From positions 193,182-257,181 of the IMG/VR virus record IMGVR_UViG_3300014208_000026: a stretch of 64,000 bases of DNA. The stretch is one strand, 5' to 3'. Shown here piece after piece: positions 35,879 through 44,596 of the stretch. A program made the position numbers and the translations under genes. Under the pieces are notes generated by a model. That model saw nothing but the letters and a program-made list of their open reading frames with translations. It searched no databases and was not told the origin of the DNA. Within the stretch, counting starts at the first letter, position 1, and each line of letters starts with the position of its first letter. Source of the stretch: a virus (lineage: Duplodnaviria; Caudoviricetes).

Positions 35879-36457
35879 ATGTTCAGTAGCTTGGTTTCGA
35901 GAGTGGCTTCCAGGTTCTTAGCTTTGCGGACTGCGAGCACGGTCCGGCTGGCTATTTCCCAAAGGGCTTTCCTGTATTTCATGAGTAAGCCTGGGCAACT
36001 AGGGGTCATATCGGCCTACCTTGACGGCAAGAAGAGCATCAACAAGCAGAGACACGGACAGCTAATAGTCGACTTGCAAAAGCTCGGTTATCGTAAGGTC
36101 TCCGACTTCAAAGGGTCTTGGGAAGGGAAAAAAGAGCATTCCGTTGTAGTTGAAAATATTCGGCATGAGGATTTGTTCGAACTCGGTCGGAAGTACGGAC
36201 AGGAATCCGTGATCTTTAAGGCCAAGACTGGCGTCGTGGGAATGTACTATTTCAGGACTATGGACGCCCAAGTAGCCGTAGACCCTAAAAGCGGAGGCCC
36301 TGCGTTTGAAACGGCGCTTGGCCGAGCAGGAATTTCCAAGGAGCGGAACTGGTCATTCAGTTTTGATTTCTTGGAGGGCAGGATTCCCTGGGATGGACAT
36401 TCTGTGATCACTCATGACGATATCGCCAAGCACCTGGGACTTCAACTAGCCCGCTAG
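35879..36457 (+). CDS. Hypothetical protein, DUF3293-like
   Basis: ISAY..N..RH..L..DL..LG..G.W....E.S..V..LGRKYGQESV resembles the DUF3293 pattern. Confidence 0.55.
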   Translation: MFSSLVSRVASRFLALRTASTVRLAISQRAFLYFMSKPGQLGVISAYLDGKKSINKQRHGQLIVDLQKLGYRKVSDFKGSWEGKKEHSVVVENIRHEDLFELGRKYGQESVIFKAKTGVVGMYYFRTMDAQVAVDPKSGGPAFETALGRAGISKERNWSFSFDFLEGRIPWDGHSVITHDDIAKHLGLQLAR

Positions 36458-36750
36458 TTGGGTTCCTTCTTTTCGGCTTCCTTCATCAACCTAAGTTGTT
36501 CCGCTATGACAGGGCCTAGATCATCGGGGTCGTCCTTGGTCGTGTCAAAGGGGATCCGGATCGAGTTCGTGAAATCGAACTTGAAGGAGTTACCTCTGCA
36601 CGTGAATTCTACGATATCAGGAGGGGGAGCAGCCCGCCTCCTAGCAGCCCTTTCGTCATATTCCCTTTGGCGAGCGGCCTGTTCGTCTGCCACGGCTTGG
36701 CGACGGGCGGCCCTCCGTTCGAGTGTTCCTGCCTTTTTCTTCTGAGCCAC
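36454..36750 (-). CDS. Small charged protein, paralogue 1
   Basis: RRAARRQA; FDFTNSIRIPFD..DDLGP..EQLRLMKEAE. Confidence 0.75.
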   Translation of the reverse strand: MAQKKKAGTLERRAARRQAVADEQAARQREYDERAARRRAAPPPDIVEFTCRGNSFKFDFTNSIRIPFDTTKDDPDDLGPVIAEQLRLMKEAEKKEPN

Positions 36751-36763
36751 GGTAGTCCTCTGT

Positions 36764-37024
36764 CTAGTCGGGTTCCGTTGTTCGAGCCTCTTTTCTCAAA
36801 CGAAGTATCTCCTGGACGCGATGTTGAACCTCTTCTAGAGATTCGGCCCCGATTTCAAGTGAGGGAGAACGGTATCTCTTATGGGTTTTGCTCCATTCCG
36901 CATCCATGAGTGTCATTTCCTCACGATACTCTAGTTCCTTGTCGATCAGGGCTTGCCTCTTAGCGGCCCTACGGTCCTGGGCCGCCTTACGGCGAGCGGC
37001 CTTCTGTTCTTCGGTCCTGGACAT
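36764..37024 (-). CDS. Small charged protein, paralogue 2
   Basis: MSRTEEQKAARRKAAQDRRAAKRQALID..RVQEILRLRKEA. Confidence 0.7.
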   Translation of the reverse strand: MSRTEEQKAARRKAAQDRRAAKRQALIDKELEYREEMTLMDAEWSKTHKRYRSPSLEIGAESLEEVQHRVQEILRLRKEARTTEPD

Positions 37025-37084
37025 CGCAACAGCCCTTTCGGTCAACAGGGAGAGGAGAGAAGACACCTCTCCGCCCCATGTTTA

Positions 37085-37115
37085 CTGTATACACCAAAGC
37101 TGGATGAAATGAAAC
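37085..37115 (-). promoter_or_regulatory. Early-type promoter
   Basis: GTTTCATT-N12-GGTGTATACAG. Confidence 0.75.
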
Positions 37116-37128
37116 CGGAATCGTTAAG

Positions 37129-37443
37129 TTAGTTTGGCCGACTGTTCTCTGCTTCTTTGGTAAGCCGGATCTGTTCCTGGACGCGGGGGCCAAGATTGTC
37201 CACGGAGTCCTTGTCGGGATCAAACGGAACAGTGATGGAGTTCCGGAAATCGAAGCTAATTATATCGCCGTTCCGGCACTTGAACTGCACGAGCCGCTGG
37301 CGAGTCTTGTGGTGTTCTTCGGCTAGGGCTTCTAGCTCTTCCAGGTGCTTTGCTTCTGCGTCCAGCAAAGCTTGACGTCGAGCCGCACGGCGGTCCTGGG
37401 ATTCTTTACGTCGAGCAGCCTTTTTCTCTTCGGTTTTTGACAC
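37129..37443 (-). CDS. Small charged protein, paralogue 3
   Basis: MSKTEEKKAARRKESQDRRAARRQALLD..FDFRNSITVPFD..DNLGPRVQEQIRLTKEAE. Confidence 0.75.
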   Translation of the reverse strand: MSKTEEKKAARRKESQDRRAARRQALLDAEAKHLEELEALAEEHHKTRQRLVQFKCRNGDIISFDFRNSITVPFDPDKDSVDNLGPRVQEQIRLTKEAENSRPN

Positions 37444-37444
37444 C

Positions 37445-38041
37445 TTACTCCTCGATGAAATCAGGCGGCACAGAGTCTGTCAGCCAAACCCCGTTCTCCG
37501 ACTGATAGAACAAGAAGCCCTGTCTGTGCATCTTGCCCGCCTGGATTCGCAGAACCACTGGAGCCCCACGCCGCATCCCGACCGAAGAAGCGGTTCCGAC
37601 GTCCGCCGCCATATGTACGTGCTGGCGGTTCATCTTTCGTAGGCCCTCTCGACGAATTGCTTCGAGGGCTCCGGGATAGGTTCCGTGGTAGAGAGTTTCC
37701 GGAGGCTCTACGGGGATGAGGCCAAGGTTCACGTCAAGGGAGTGCCCTTGTCTGGCTCGGATCCTTTTGCCGTTCTCGGAGATTCCGAACCGCTGTTTGC
37801 TGTTATCCGCCACGGCTTGGTCAATGAGAGGTCGGGTCAGTTTCCCATTGGAGAGGCGGACAATTTCGTCGATGTCTGCCCATCCTTCGGAGTCCAACTT
37901 GATTCCGATAACTTCAGGACGGTGCCGAAGGATGAGGGAGAGAAATTTCGAGGCCCTCGATACGGCTTGAGGTGCCGTAGGCTTGCTGTAGTCCCTACTG
38001 GGGCACGTTTCCACTCCGTCCTGTTCTGGGCACCTTCTCAT
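37445..38041 (-). CDS. kptA: RNA 2'-phosphotransferase (Tpt1/KptA)
   Basis: SKFLSLILRH; GWADI; KQRF; IRARQGHS; LYHGT; GLRKMNRQHVH; SENGVWLT. Confidence 0.95.
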   Translation of the reverse strand: MRRCPEQDGVETCPSRDYSKPTAPQAVSRASKFLSLILRHRPEVIGIKLDSEGWADIDEIVRLSNGKLTRPLIDQAVADNSKQRFGISENGKRIRARQGHSLDVNLGLIPVEPPETLYHGTYPGALEAIRREGLRKMNRQHVHMAADVGTASSVGMRRGAPVVLRIQAGKMHRQGFLFYQSENGVWLTDSVPPDFIEE

Positions 38042-38081
38042 TTTCCTCCGCCGAATTCAGGTTGTTCATTTCCAGGATTTT

Positions 38082-38244
38082 GTCTTAATGAGCCCTCGTG
38101 AGAGGGCATAACCGTTCATTCAATATAGGTCCTCCAGTGTTTCCACCGATTCTCGGGTTCCGTCACATCAAACATGAAGGCCCGATAGGGTGCCCACTAC
38201 GCTACGACCTCCTCGGCGTCTCAATGAGTCCTCGTGAGAGGACA
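38082..38244. repeat. 27-bp direct repeat with compensated hairpin (38082-38108, 38218-38244)
   Basis: GTCTYAATGAGYCCTCGTGAGAGGRCA; stem C-G in copy 1 is T-A in copy 2. Confidence 0.85.
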
Positions 38245-38259
38245 GCCTTTCCCAGTGTC

Positions 38260-38613
38260 TCACTCCCCGTCACCGTCCAAAGCACTTGTGATAACCATGG
38301 CTGACTCAGGGATCTTGGGCCGTGCCGCTTCAGGCTGAGCGTAGATGCGGGAGTGGTTCAGTCGCATCTTGCGGATATCCCAGGCGGTCTGTTCCGCTTC
38401 GGTCATGGGAGGGCGGGCCCGGAACTTCACCAGCTCTGCCTGTTGCTTGGGGGAAAGCTGTTCTTCGAGGTCATCGGATTCTTCTTCCCATACGGGATTG
38501 ACCGTGACTCTCCGGCCGTCGGGGATTATAAGGGTTTCTCCCTCATCGAAGGAGATGGCGATCCAGCCCTTTGGATTTACGTAGTAGATGAGGTCAAGGA
38601 CTCCGTTCTGCAT
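38260..38613 (-). CDS. Hypothetical protein
   Basis: 117-aa ORF in the minus-strand operon. Confidence 0.65.
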   Translation of the reverse strand: MQNGVLDLIYYVNPKGWIAISFDEGETLIIPDGRRVTVNPVWEEESDDLEEQLSPKQQAELVKFRARPPMTEAEQTAWDIRKMRLNHSRIYAQPEAARPKIPESAMVITSALDGDGE

Positions 38614-38658
38614 GGGGGTGGCTCCGTAGAGGTTTCTGCCGGAGCTAGTATACCCGAT

Positions 38659-38958
38659 CTAGCCGAAGATGATCAACACCAGTCCGGCAATCCAGAGCAG
38701 CAAGTCCAGTCCGGCCAGGATTCTCAGCTTGCGTTCTGTCCGCTTACGTTCTTCCTGCTGCTTCATCACGGCGCACTGGTGCCGCATATCCGGCTCGACG
38801 AACAGAGGCCGCCTGAGAGGGTCTGTAGGGGCGGGCGGTTCGGTGGGCTTGTTCAGGTCTTGGTTTCTCAGATGATTCTTGAATGCCCTGACGATGAGCA
38901 GGATTCCAAGCAAATAGCCCAGGACGAAGAGGGCAATTCCTAGATGCAGTAGGGTCAT
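38659..38958 (-). CDS. Two-TM membrane protein
   Basis: Hydrophobic N- and C-terminal helices. Confidence 0.7.
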   Translation of the reverse strand: MTLLHLGIALFVLGYLLGILLIVRAFKNHLRNQDLNKPTEPPAPTDPLRRPLFVEPDMRHQCAVMKQQEERKRTERKLRILAGLDLLLWIAGLVLIIFG

Positions 38959-38976
38959 GGTGAGGTCTCTTTCAGG

Positions 38977-39273
38977 TCAGGCCGTGAGGATCCCCACGGC
39001 TATGATACCACGACTGGTTATGGAAAAGCAAGGCCCGCCGTTGGCCTCGAAAGGGTTCACTAGACGCCAGTCTTCCAGTTCTTTCAGACATTTCTTAAAT
39101 TCTTCCGCTGTCTCTGTGTATCCCAGGGCCAGCATAGCTATCTCTACCTCGGAGGGTTCCGGCAGTCTAGTCGGGTATCGACAGTTCGGTGTTGCTATTA
39201 TTTTCCGGTCCTGATCGATCAGGTACAGGAAATGCAGGCACACCTTGGCGGGTCCGGACAGAGGTTCTTTCAT
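38977..39273 (-). CDS. Hypothetical protein (possible winged helix)
   Basis: 98-aa ORF; LKELEDWRLV..FSITSRG wing-like end. Confidence 0.6.
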   Translation of the reverse strand: MKEPLSGPAKVCLHFLYLIDQDRKIIATPNCRYPTRLPEPSEVEIAMLALGYTETAEEFKKCLKELEDWRLVNPFEANGGPCFSITSRGIIAVGILTA

Positions 39274-39274
39274 A

Positions 39275-39475
39275 TCACGCCTCCACCAGGACTATTCTCT
39301 TGATGTACAGATCGTAGTCTTCGGGCGGGATTTCAATGGCGTTGACCAGCACGACCTTTTCCTTGTCGTAGGTCCGCTTGTAGATCAGCCACTCAACTGG
39401 AGAGAGGTTCGTGACGTCGTTCTGTAGACTGAAGCAACCTTCGTGAGTGAAAGTGATCAGGTAGCGCTTTTCCAT
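39275..39475 (-). CDS. Hypothetical protein
   Basis: MEKRYLITF.., GGGAG RBS. Confidence 0.6.
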   Translation of the reverse strand: MEKRYLITFTHEGCFSLQNDVTNLSPVEWLIYKRTYDKEKVVLVNAIEIPPEDYDLYIKRIVLVEA

Positions 39476-39488
39476 TCTCGAATCTCCC

Positions 39489-39911
39489 TCACTCAAACTT
39501 TCGGCCCCGCAACTCCAGTCCCTCTACTGTACCACCCCAGGACCCGATGTAAACGGTCTCGGGTCCCGTGGAGCAGATGCAAAGCGTGTTCTGGTACGTT
39601 TCTCCTGTGTTTATATAGGCAATCCAGATCCCGCCGTCCCCGCGACAGTTGGAGAAGTCGCTCGGGTGTTGATGAATCACTTCGACGCCGTTCACAAGCA
39701 TCGTGGTGTAGGGGACGTTCTTGTCGAGGTACTCGTTCGCGGATTCGAGAACCACCCTGGCACGATCTTCGTCGGACCACGTTCGGTTCCGATACTTCGG
39801 ATCAACCATGTACGCCGACTCGCCGTCCCGAAGGAAAGCTCGTACGCCCTTGGCTTGGGCGGGCGTCAGCTTGAGGTTCTCGACGAGGGCCTTCACGCTA
39901 GGGAATCGCAT
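39489..39911 (-). CDS. Hypothetical protein
   Basis: MRFPSVKALVENL..YINTGETYQNTL..SWG; GGAAGG RBS. Confidence 0.7.
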   Translation of the reverse strand: MRFPSVKALVENLKLTPAQAKGVRAFLRDGESAYMVDPKYRNRTWSDEDRARVVLESANEYLDKNVPYTTMLVNGVEVIHQHPSDFSNCRGDGGIWIAYINTGETYQNTLCICSTGPETVYIGSWGGTVEGLELRGRKFE

Positions 39912-39916
39912 TCTAT

Positions 39917-40303
39917 TTAGCCTTCCGTCTGAGGGTCTGGATTGACAGAGTTGACCCGTTTGTACTCGTCGTTGATTTTCTGGAGGAGACACCAGACCTC
40001 TCCGGAGAGCTTGGAAGCGAGTTCTTGCTTCTGTCCCTGTCCAGTGAAGCGGAAATGGGCCATTTCCAGGATCTTCATGCAGGTGTCGAGTTCTCGGAAG
40101 GTTACGGGAACGGTGTTCGGACCCTCGCCAACGAACCCGAGACGGTGCTTCCACCCATTCAGGAAGGCCCCGGGCCCCGGCAACACCGCTTGCTGACACT
40201 TGTTGTCGTAGTGCGTCAGGGCCACTTCGATGAGGAGGTCGGTTTCTTCCTGGGAGATAGCGATGTGGGCCGTGACGTGGTACTCGAATTCCTTGAGTTC
40301 CAT
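39917..40303 (-). CDS. Hypothetical protein
   Basis: 128-aa ORF, operon spacing. Confidence 0.7.
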   Translation of the reverse strand: MELKEFEYHVTAHIAISQEETDLLIEVALTHYDNKCQQAVLPGPGAFLNGWKHRLGFVGEGPNTVPVTFRELDTCMKILEMAHFRFTGQGQKQELASKLSGEVWCLLQKINDEYKRVNSVNPDPQTEG

Positions 40304-40309
40304 GGCCTT

Positions 40310-41158
40310 CTAGGCCCCTTTCTCATTGGCGAGCAGTTCGCGGACCTTGTCCAGGTCCTCTGCCGTATGGGCGACCCCTCCAAAATTCAGCCGGAGATAA
40401 AACTCCAGCCGCTCCTTTCGGGGGATATCCAGGATCGCCACCTTGACGTGGGGCAGTCCCCGACGGTCGATCTCGTCCGTGTCCTCGTACCATAGCAACC
40501 GGCCGTCCGAAATCTCAGCCGGGATCTCGTTCGCCATCCAGGCCAGGATAGCGCGGATCCTCTGCTGTCCGTCGATCACTTCGATCGGCAGGTCGTAGTA
40601 GTCCTTCTTGTGACCGGCGGGCGCATTCTTCGGGCTGTCATACCGCTGGACGAAGAGCAACGGAGCCTGCCCCCCTTCCAGGAGGTGCCCGATGAAACGG
40701 GACTGCTGCGTTTTCGTCCAAACAGCCCCTCGCTGGTAGTCCGGATTGAGGTCCCAAGCGGGACGCCTGTGCTCGTTCAGGCGGAGAACCTCATCGCACA
40801 GGTACCTGAAGTCATAGTCCACGGGACTGAAAGGGGGCCATGTGTTGAGAGTCCGCAGGTTAAGACCCTTGCCGACTTCGCAAGTGCGGCCCGTCTCCAG
40901 CACCCAGCACACCCAGTCGACGGCTTCGGAGAGATCCTCGACTTGCTTCGTCAGCGGCAGATCCTCCCAAGTGGTCGGGTGTCCCTCTCCGCCTTCTCGA
41001 CGACCACGGAGGAAAAAGCCTTTCGCTTGGCTCTGTACCGGAGACACCTTCACCCGACTGTGCCCAAATTGGACGTGAAGCCCGCTCTGTGAGGTGCTGA
41101 TACTCACCCCAGGAATCCGGGCCTTGATGAGGGTTGTGAAGTTTTCGTGTGCGTCCAT
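40310..41158 (-). CDS. DUF262 (ParB/GmrSD-N-like) protein
   Basis: LNPDYQRGAVW..QQSRFI..IDGQQRIRAI..FYLRLNFGG. Confidence 0.85.
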   Translation of the reverse strand: MDAHENFTTLIKARIPGVSISTSQSGLHVQFGHSRVKVSPVQSQAKGFFLRGRREGGEGHPTTWEDLPLTKQVEDLSEAVDWVCWVLETGRTCEVGKGLNLRTLNTWPPFSPVDYDFRYLCDEVLRLNEHRRPAWDLNPDYQRGAVWTKTQQSRFIGHLLEGGQAPLLFVQRYDSPKNAPAGHKKDYYDLPIEVIDGQQRIRAILAWMANEIPAEISDGRLLWYEDTDEIDRRGLPHVKVAILDIPRKERLEFYLRLNFGGVAHTAEDLDKVRELLANEKGA

Positions 41159-41192
41159 TTTGTAAGCCTTTCGTTCCCTTGCTTCACAACCC

Positions 41193-41223
41193 CTGTATAC
41201 ACCAAGGGAGGTCGGAATGAAAC
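41193..41223 (-). promoter_or_regulatory. Early-type promoter
   Basis: GTTTCATT-N12-GGTGTATACAG. Confidence 0.75.
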
Positions 41224-41253
41224 TGGAATTGCATGGGTGATTTAAAAGAGAGA

Positions 41254-41889
41254 TCAGGGCTGTGGGATCAGGGAGGTGGTCGGAAAGAAAACGTCCTGGG
41301 TTTCGTCCTTGCCAGGAATGACACGGGCAAGGAATGGCATTCTGTAATTTCCGAACCACTTCTCCTGGCCGTCCTCCCCCGTCTCGGAGTGCTCTCTCAC
41401 GATCCGGTCCGGAACCAGGAACTTGAAAGACTCCCCGAAGAATTTGGGGAGTGCCTCACGCCAGGGACCATCGGGGGAGAGGGTCTCTCGACCCATGTGG
41501 AACTCGGCGAACTTGAAGGTGGTGTCAGGTTGTAGCTCGTAACGGAACTCCAGGAAGGTCTTGGCCCCAGGACTCAAGTCCATCCCGTAGGCAAATTCCT
41601 TGCCCAACAGTTCGGGGACGATGATGTGCATTCGGAGGTCCACCGTCGGGCAGATTTCTCCCTTGGCATAGTCTACGATGAGGGTCCAATCGTTCCGAAG
41701 ACGGACACCGCTCAGCTTGACCCCGCCCCCGTCCAGGGGGGTGCTATCCTTCTCCAGGAGGTAACGAGACTCGAAGATGAGCCGCTGCTGACCTTCGGGG
41801 TGAATCAAGATTGTTTGTCGAGCATCCACGTTCATGGGGACTTGGAATCGGTACGAGTGCTCCAAGTCGAAGTGCTTACGAGGCGACAT
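41254..41889 (-). CDS. Hypothetical protein
   Basis: 211-aa ORF with host-like codon use. Confidence 0.65.
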   Translation of the reverse strand: MSPRKHFDLEHSYRFQVPMNVDARQTILIHPEGQQRLIFESRYLLEKDSTPLDGGGVKLSGVRLRNDWTLIVDYAKGEICPTVDLRMHIIVPELLGKEFAYGMDLSPGAKTFLEFRYELQPDTTFKFAEFHMGRETLSPDGPWREALPKFFGESFKFLVPDRIVREHSETGEDGQEKWFGNYRMPFLARVIPGKDETQDVFFPTTSLIPQP

Positions 41890-41894
41890 TTTTT

Positions 41895-42200
41895 CTAGTT
41901 CCCTTCGACGCCGCCACAGAGAGCCAGCGCAAACGTGTACTTGTCAGTTCCGTCCCAAGGCACACCTACCTCCGAGACGTTCATGTTCGGTACGAGGTAA
42001 CCGTCCCGCAACCCTGAGAGGAGTTCGACAGCGTCATCGTAGCTTTTGCCAGTAGGGTCTACGACTCTGCATCGTTGCTTTCCAGGGCCGAACTCTTCGA
42101 ACACGGCGGCATGATAGAGCCCCGTGTCCTTGTGCCGGAGCAGCCCTAGGAAATCATAATCTCCACCTACCTTGATTCCATCTTCTCGTTCGTGCCACAT
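41895..42200 (-). CDS. Hypothetical protein
   Basis: 101-aa ORF directly after an early-type promoter. Confidence 0.65.
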   Translation of the reverse strand: MWHEREDGIKVGGDYDFLGLLRHKDTGLYHAAVFEEFGPGKQRCRVVDPTGKSYDDAVELLSGLRDGYLVPNMNVSEVGVPWDGTDKYTFALALCGGVEGN

Positions 42201-42225
42201 AGGGATCCCTAAACTGTCTCTGTTC

Positions 42226-42256
42226 TTGTATACACCAAGACGGGATGGAATGAAAC
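42226..42256 (-). promoter_or_regulatory. Early-type promoter
   Basis: GTTTCATT-N12-GGTGTATACAA. Confidence 0.75.
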
Positions 42257-42266
42257 AGAAAAAGCG

Positions 42267-43253
42267 CTAGAAGAAAGCGAGCATCGTGCCGGCACTCGGA
42301 GGAATCCGACGGTACAGGGGAGAGTCCGATTGCGGAGTAATTATGCCCAACGGACCGGTCAGACCGAGTTGTGTGATTCCGTTCTTGTCTGTTGCCGAAG
42401 AGGTGCCGGCGGCTGTCGTGTTATAGATATTGTAAGAGCCCGTAAAGGCTCCAGAGAGAGTAGCAACACCCGTAACCAGAATTCCAGCACAGGAACCACG
42501 GATTTCGAGATCATGCAAAGCGGCCCCGCCCTGGAATTCTAGCAGATCCCCAACCGAACCAGAAGAGAGCACCGTGAGGTCTGTTGCTGTTGCGGCCAGA
42601 ATCGAGGCGTGATAGCCTGCTCCGGATTGGTAGCAGTTGTCGAGAATCACCGACCCGGTAGCGCCATTGATAGCCACAACGGCCGTACCTGTTCGGATTC
42701 TCCGCAGTACTAGGGTATCCCCCGTCTCCTGTTGGACAACTGTCCCGAGGGCGGTTCCCGTCAGGGGGAGAACCAAGTCTTCTGCCTGTAAAACTGTCCC
42801 TCCGCCACAGAGAGCCAGTTGGTACCGGCTGGAAGTTCCGGTGTCTGTGCAACCGGAAATTAGGACTGATCCTCCCGTGGCATGCAAGATATAGAAGGTG
42901 CCCGCCAAGGGAGCATCTAAGCACTCAAGAACGTTTCCCGTGAGGGAGAATCCGGCAAAGCGCCCGTCCATCACGTAGGCAAAGTTCGACCGCCACTGAA
43001 GAGTACAACCCGTTATTGAGCTTCCGGCGGCTCCCGTGATCATATACGTGGCTCGCAAGGCGACGTCTTTCAAGATTACGACGCCGCCCGAATCGTTCCT
43101 GACTGTCTGACCCGCTTGCAGAACAGGGGTTTCGTCCACGTAGGTCCCGGCCTCGGTGATGGAGATAGTGTCCCCCACCCCGCCTAGTAAACACCCCGCG
43201 GTGACCGTGAGAGCATCACCCGTTCCGTCTAGACGAACCGTGACAGTTGCCAT
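42267..43253 (-). CDS. Beta-helix-type protein (putative virion-associated)
   Basis: TVRLDGTGDALTV..GDTISI..GTY start and ITGCTL/ISGCTD/LDNCYQ rungs. Confidence 0.6.
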   Translation of the reverse strand: MATVTVRLDGTGDALTVTAGCLLGGVGDTISITEAGTYVDETPVLQAGQTVRNDSGGVVILKDVALRATYMITGAAGSSITGCTLQWRSNFAYVMDGRFAGFSLTGNVLECLDAPLAGTFYILHATGGSVLISGCTDTGTSSRYQLALCGGGTVLQAEDLVLPLTGTALGTVVQQETGDTLVLRRIRTGTAVVAINGATGSVILDNCYQSGAGYHASILAATATDLTVLSSGSVGDLLEFQGGAALHDLEIRGSCAGILVTGVATLSGAFTGSYNIYNTTAAGTSSATDKNGITQLGLTGPLGIITPQSDSPLYRRIPPSAGTMLAFF

Positions 43254-43268
43254 TTAGATGGCCTCCAT

Positions 43269-43742
43269 CTATCCGCGTTTCACGAAGTCAAACCCGAACT
43301 GGACGTTGCCACCTGGAGCAACGGCGGTGCTGCTAATGTACACAAGATAGTAACGCCAGATGTGCAGGAATTCCTGCTGGGGAGTCCCCATGGTGGCAAA
43401 GGCTTGGGTTTCCCTTTTCTGTGGTTGAACCTGCGTGCTGATCGCGGTCCAGTCGGCGCTCACGAACGGAATGGGGGGAATTGCGGGAGTCGGTTTTACA
43501 TCACAGCCTCGAACGACCCAGGTGTAGTCGAATCCGACCCCGATTCCGCTCAGGTTCCTGACGTAGGGTACGATGTAGGGTACCGTGGCCCCGATGGGCG
43601 GAGTTCCCAGGGAGTCGTACACCGCGATAATCTCGTCGGTACCAGGACCAGCCACGAAGTTGTAGGTGCCTGTGATGACGGTAGTGCCATTGGTCGGGCT
43701 GAGCCAGACTCCATGATCGTTGGATGAAACCACTCGTGCCAT
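43269..43742 (-). CDS. Putative virion protein
   Basis: Beta-rich 157-aa ORF downstream of a late-type motif; GGAGG RBS. Confidence 0.6.
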   Translation of the reverse strand: MARVVSSNDHGVWLSPTNGTTVITGTYNFVAGPGTDEIIAVYDSLGTPPIGATVPYIVPYVRNLSGIGVGFDYTWVVRGCDVKPTPAIPPIPFVSADWTAISTQVQPQKRETQAFATMGTPQQEFLHIWRYYLVYISSTAVAPGGNVQFGFDFVKRG

Positions 43743-43762
43743 TTTCGAATTCCTCCATGCTG

Positions 43763-43783
43763 CCTACCTAAGAGAAGATATAA
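43763..43783 (-). promoter_or_regulatory. Late-type promoter motif
   Basis: TTATAT-N6-TTAGGTAGG. Confidence 0.5.
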
Positions 43784-43859
43784 GGCAGTTACCGGCTTCC
43801 CTATTTTGATAGCGCCGAGGTCGTTCAGTAGGCCAAGGGTCTTTTCGAGGGCAAATATG

Positions 43860-43890
43860 GTCTCATTCTCCTGTTGGAGTGTGTATTATA
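43860..43890 (+). promoter_or_regulatory. Early-type promoter
   Basis: GTCTCATT-N12-TGTGTATTATA. Confidence 0.55.
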
Positions 43891-43932
43891 TCAGCGTGGG
43901 TGCTGGTGCCCATAAAATGCCGAGGAGGTTCT

Positions 43933-44520
43933 ATGTCAACTATCAATCCGAAAGACGCAAGTGAGCTTGAGACCTACCCCGTAACTGAGGAGAAGACCGA
44001 ATTCCCGCTCGTAGTTTTCAGGTCTGGAAACAAGGTCGGTAGATTTTTCCGTGTTCAGGTCTGCATGGGCATTTTTGAGATCCCCATGAGTGACGAGGCT
44101 CTGCCAGTGGCAAAGGCTTTGGTGAAACGGGCGGTGGCAACTGGGTGTTTGCCGGATGGTGGGGAGGATGACCTTTGGGCAGAGGTTCTGACTTGCATGG
44201 GGTGGACGCAGTGCCCCTTCACGGCACTGCAAAACCTGGGGCCTGATTGGATGTTCCATGCTTGGGGGGAACCGGGCAACTACAAGGTCTCGCTGTACGG
44301 CCCCGGAGCAGGGGGTCTTCCGGGTGCGAAGTTGGAGCCCTCGGTCTTCAAGGGGTGTGTCGAACGTATGATGAGCTTCCTGAAGGGGATGGGGTACGAG
44401 AAGGCTGAGATCGTGGAAATCTCTGAGCTGGAGAACCGGGCGGAGATACTGATTCCTGAAGAGCGCTCGTACATGCTGGTCAAGCACTTGCTCAAAGCGT
44501 TCAAGAGTCTCGGTCTGTAG
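43933..44520 (+). CDS. Hypothetical protein
   Basis: GAGGAGG RBS before ATG 43933. Confidence 0.7.
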   Translation: MSTINPKDASELETYPVTEEKTEFPLVVFRSGNKVGRFFRVQVCMGIFEIPMSDEALPVAKALVKRAVATGCLPDGGEDDLWAEVLTCMGWTQCPFTALQNLGPDWMFHAWGEPGNYKVSLYGPGAGGLPGAKLEPSVFKGCVERMMSFLKGMGYEKAEIVEISELENRAEILIPEERSYMLVKHLLKAFKSLGL

Positions 44521-44596
44521 CTCGTCGGTATGGTCTAAGGCACCCCAAGGCGGGGAGTGCGTCGGGGGACTGTTTCGGAGAACGACGATACTTTCC

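Noticed and set aside
38082-38244. Hammerhead ribozyme or CRISPR mini-array
   Set aside because: The catalytic CUGA/GAAA core is missing; there are only two repeats, with a 109-nt spacer, and no cas genes.
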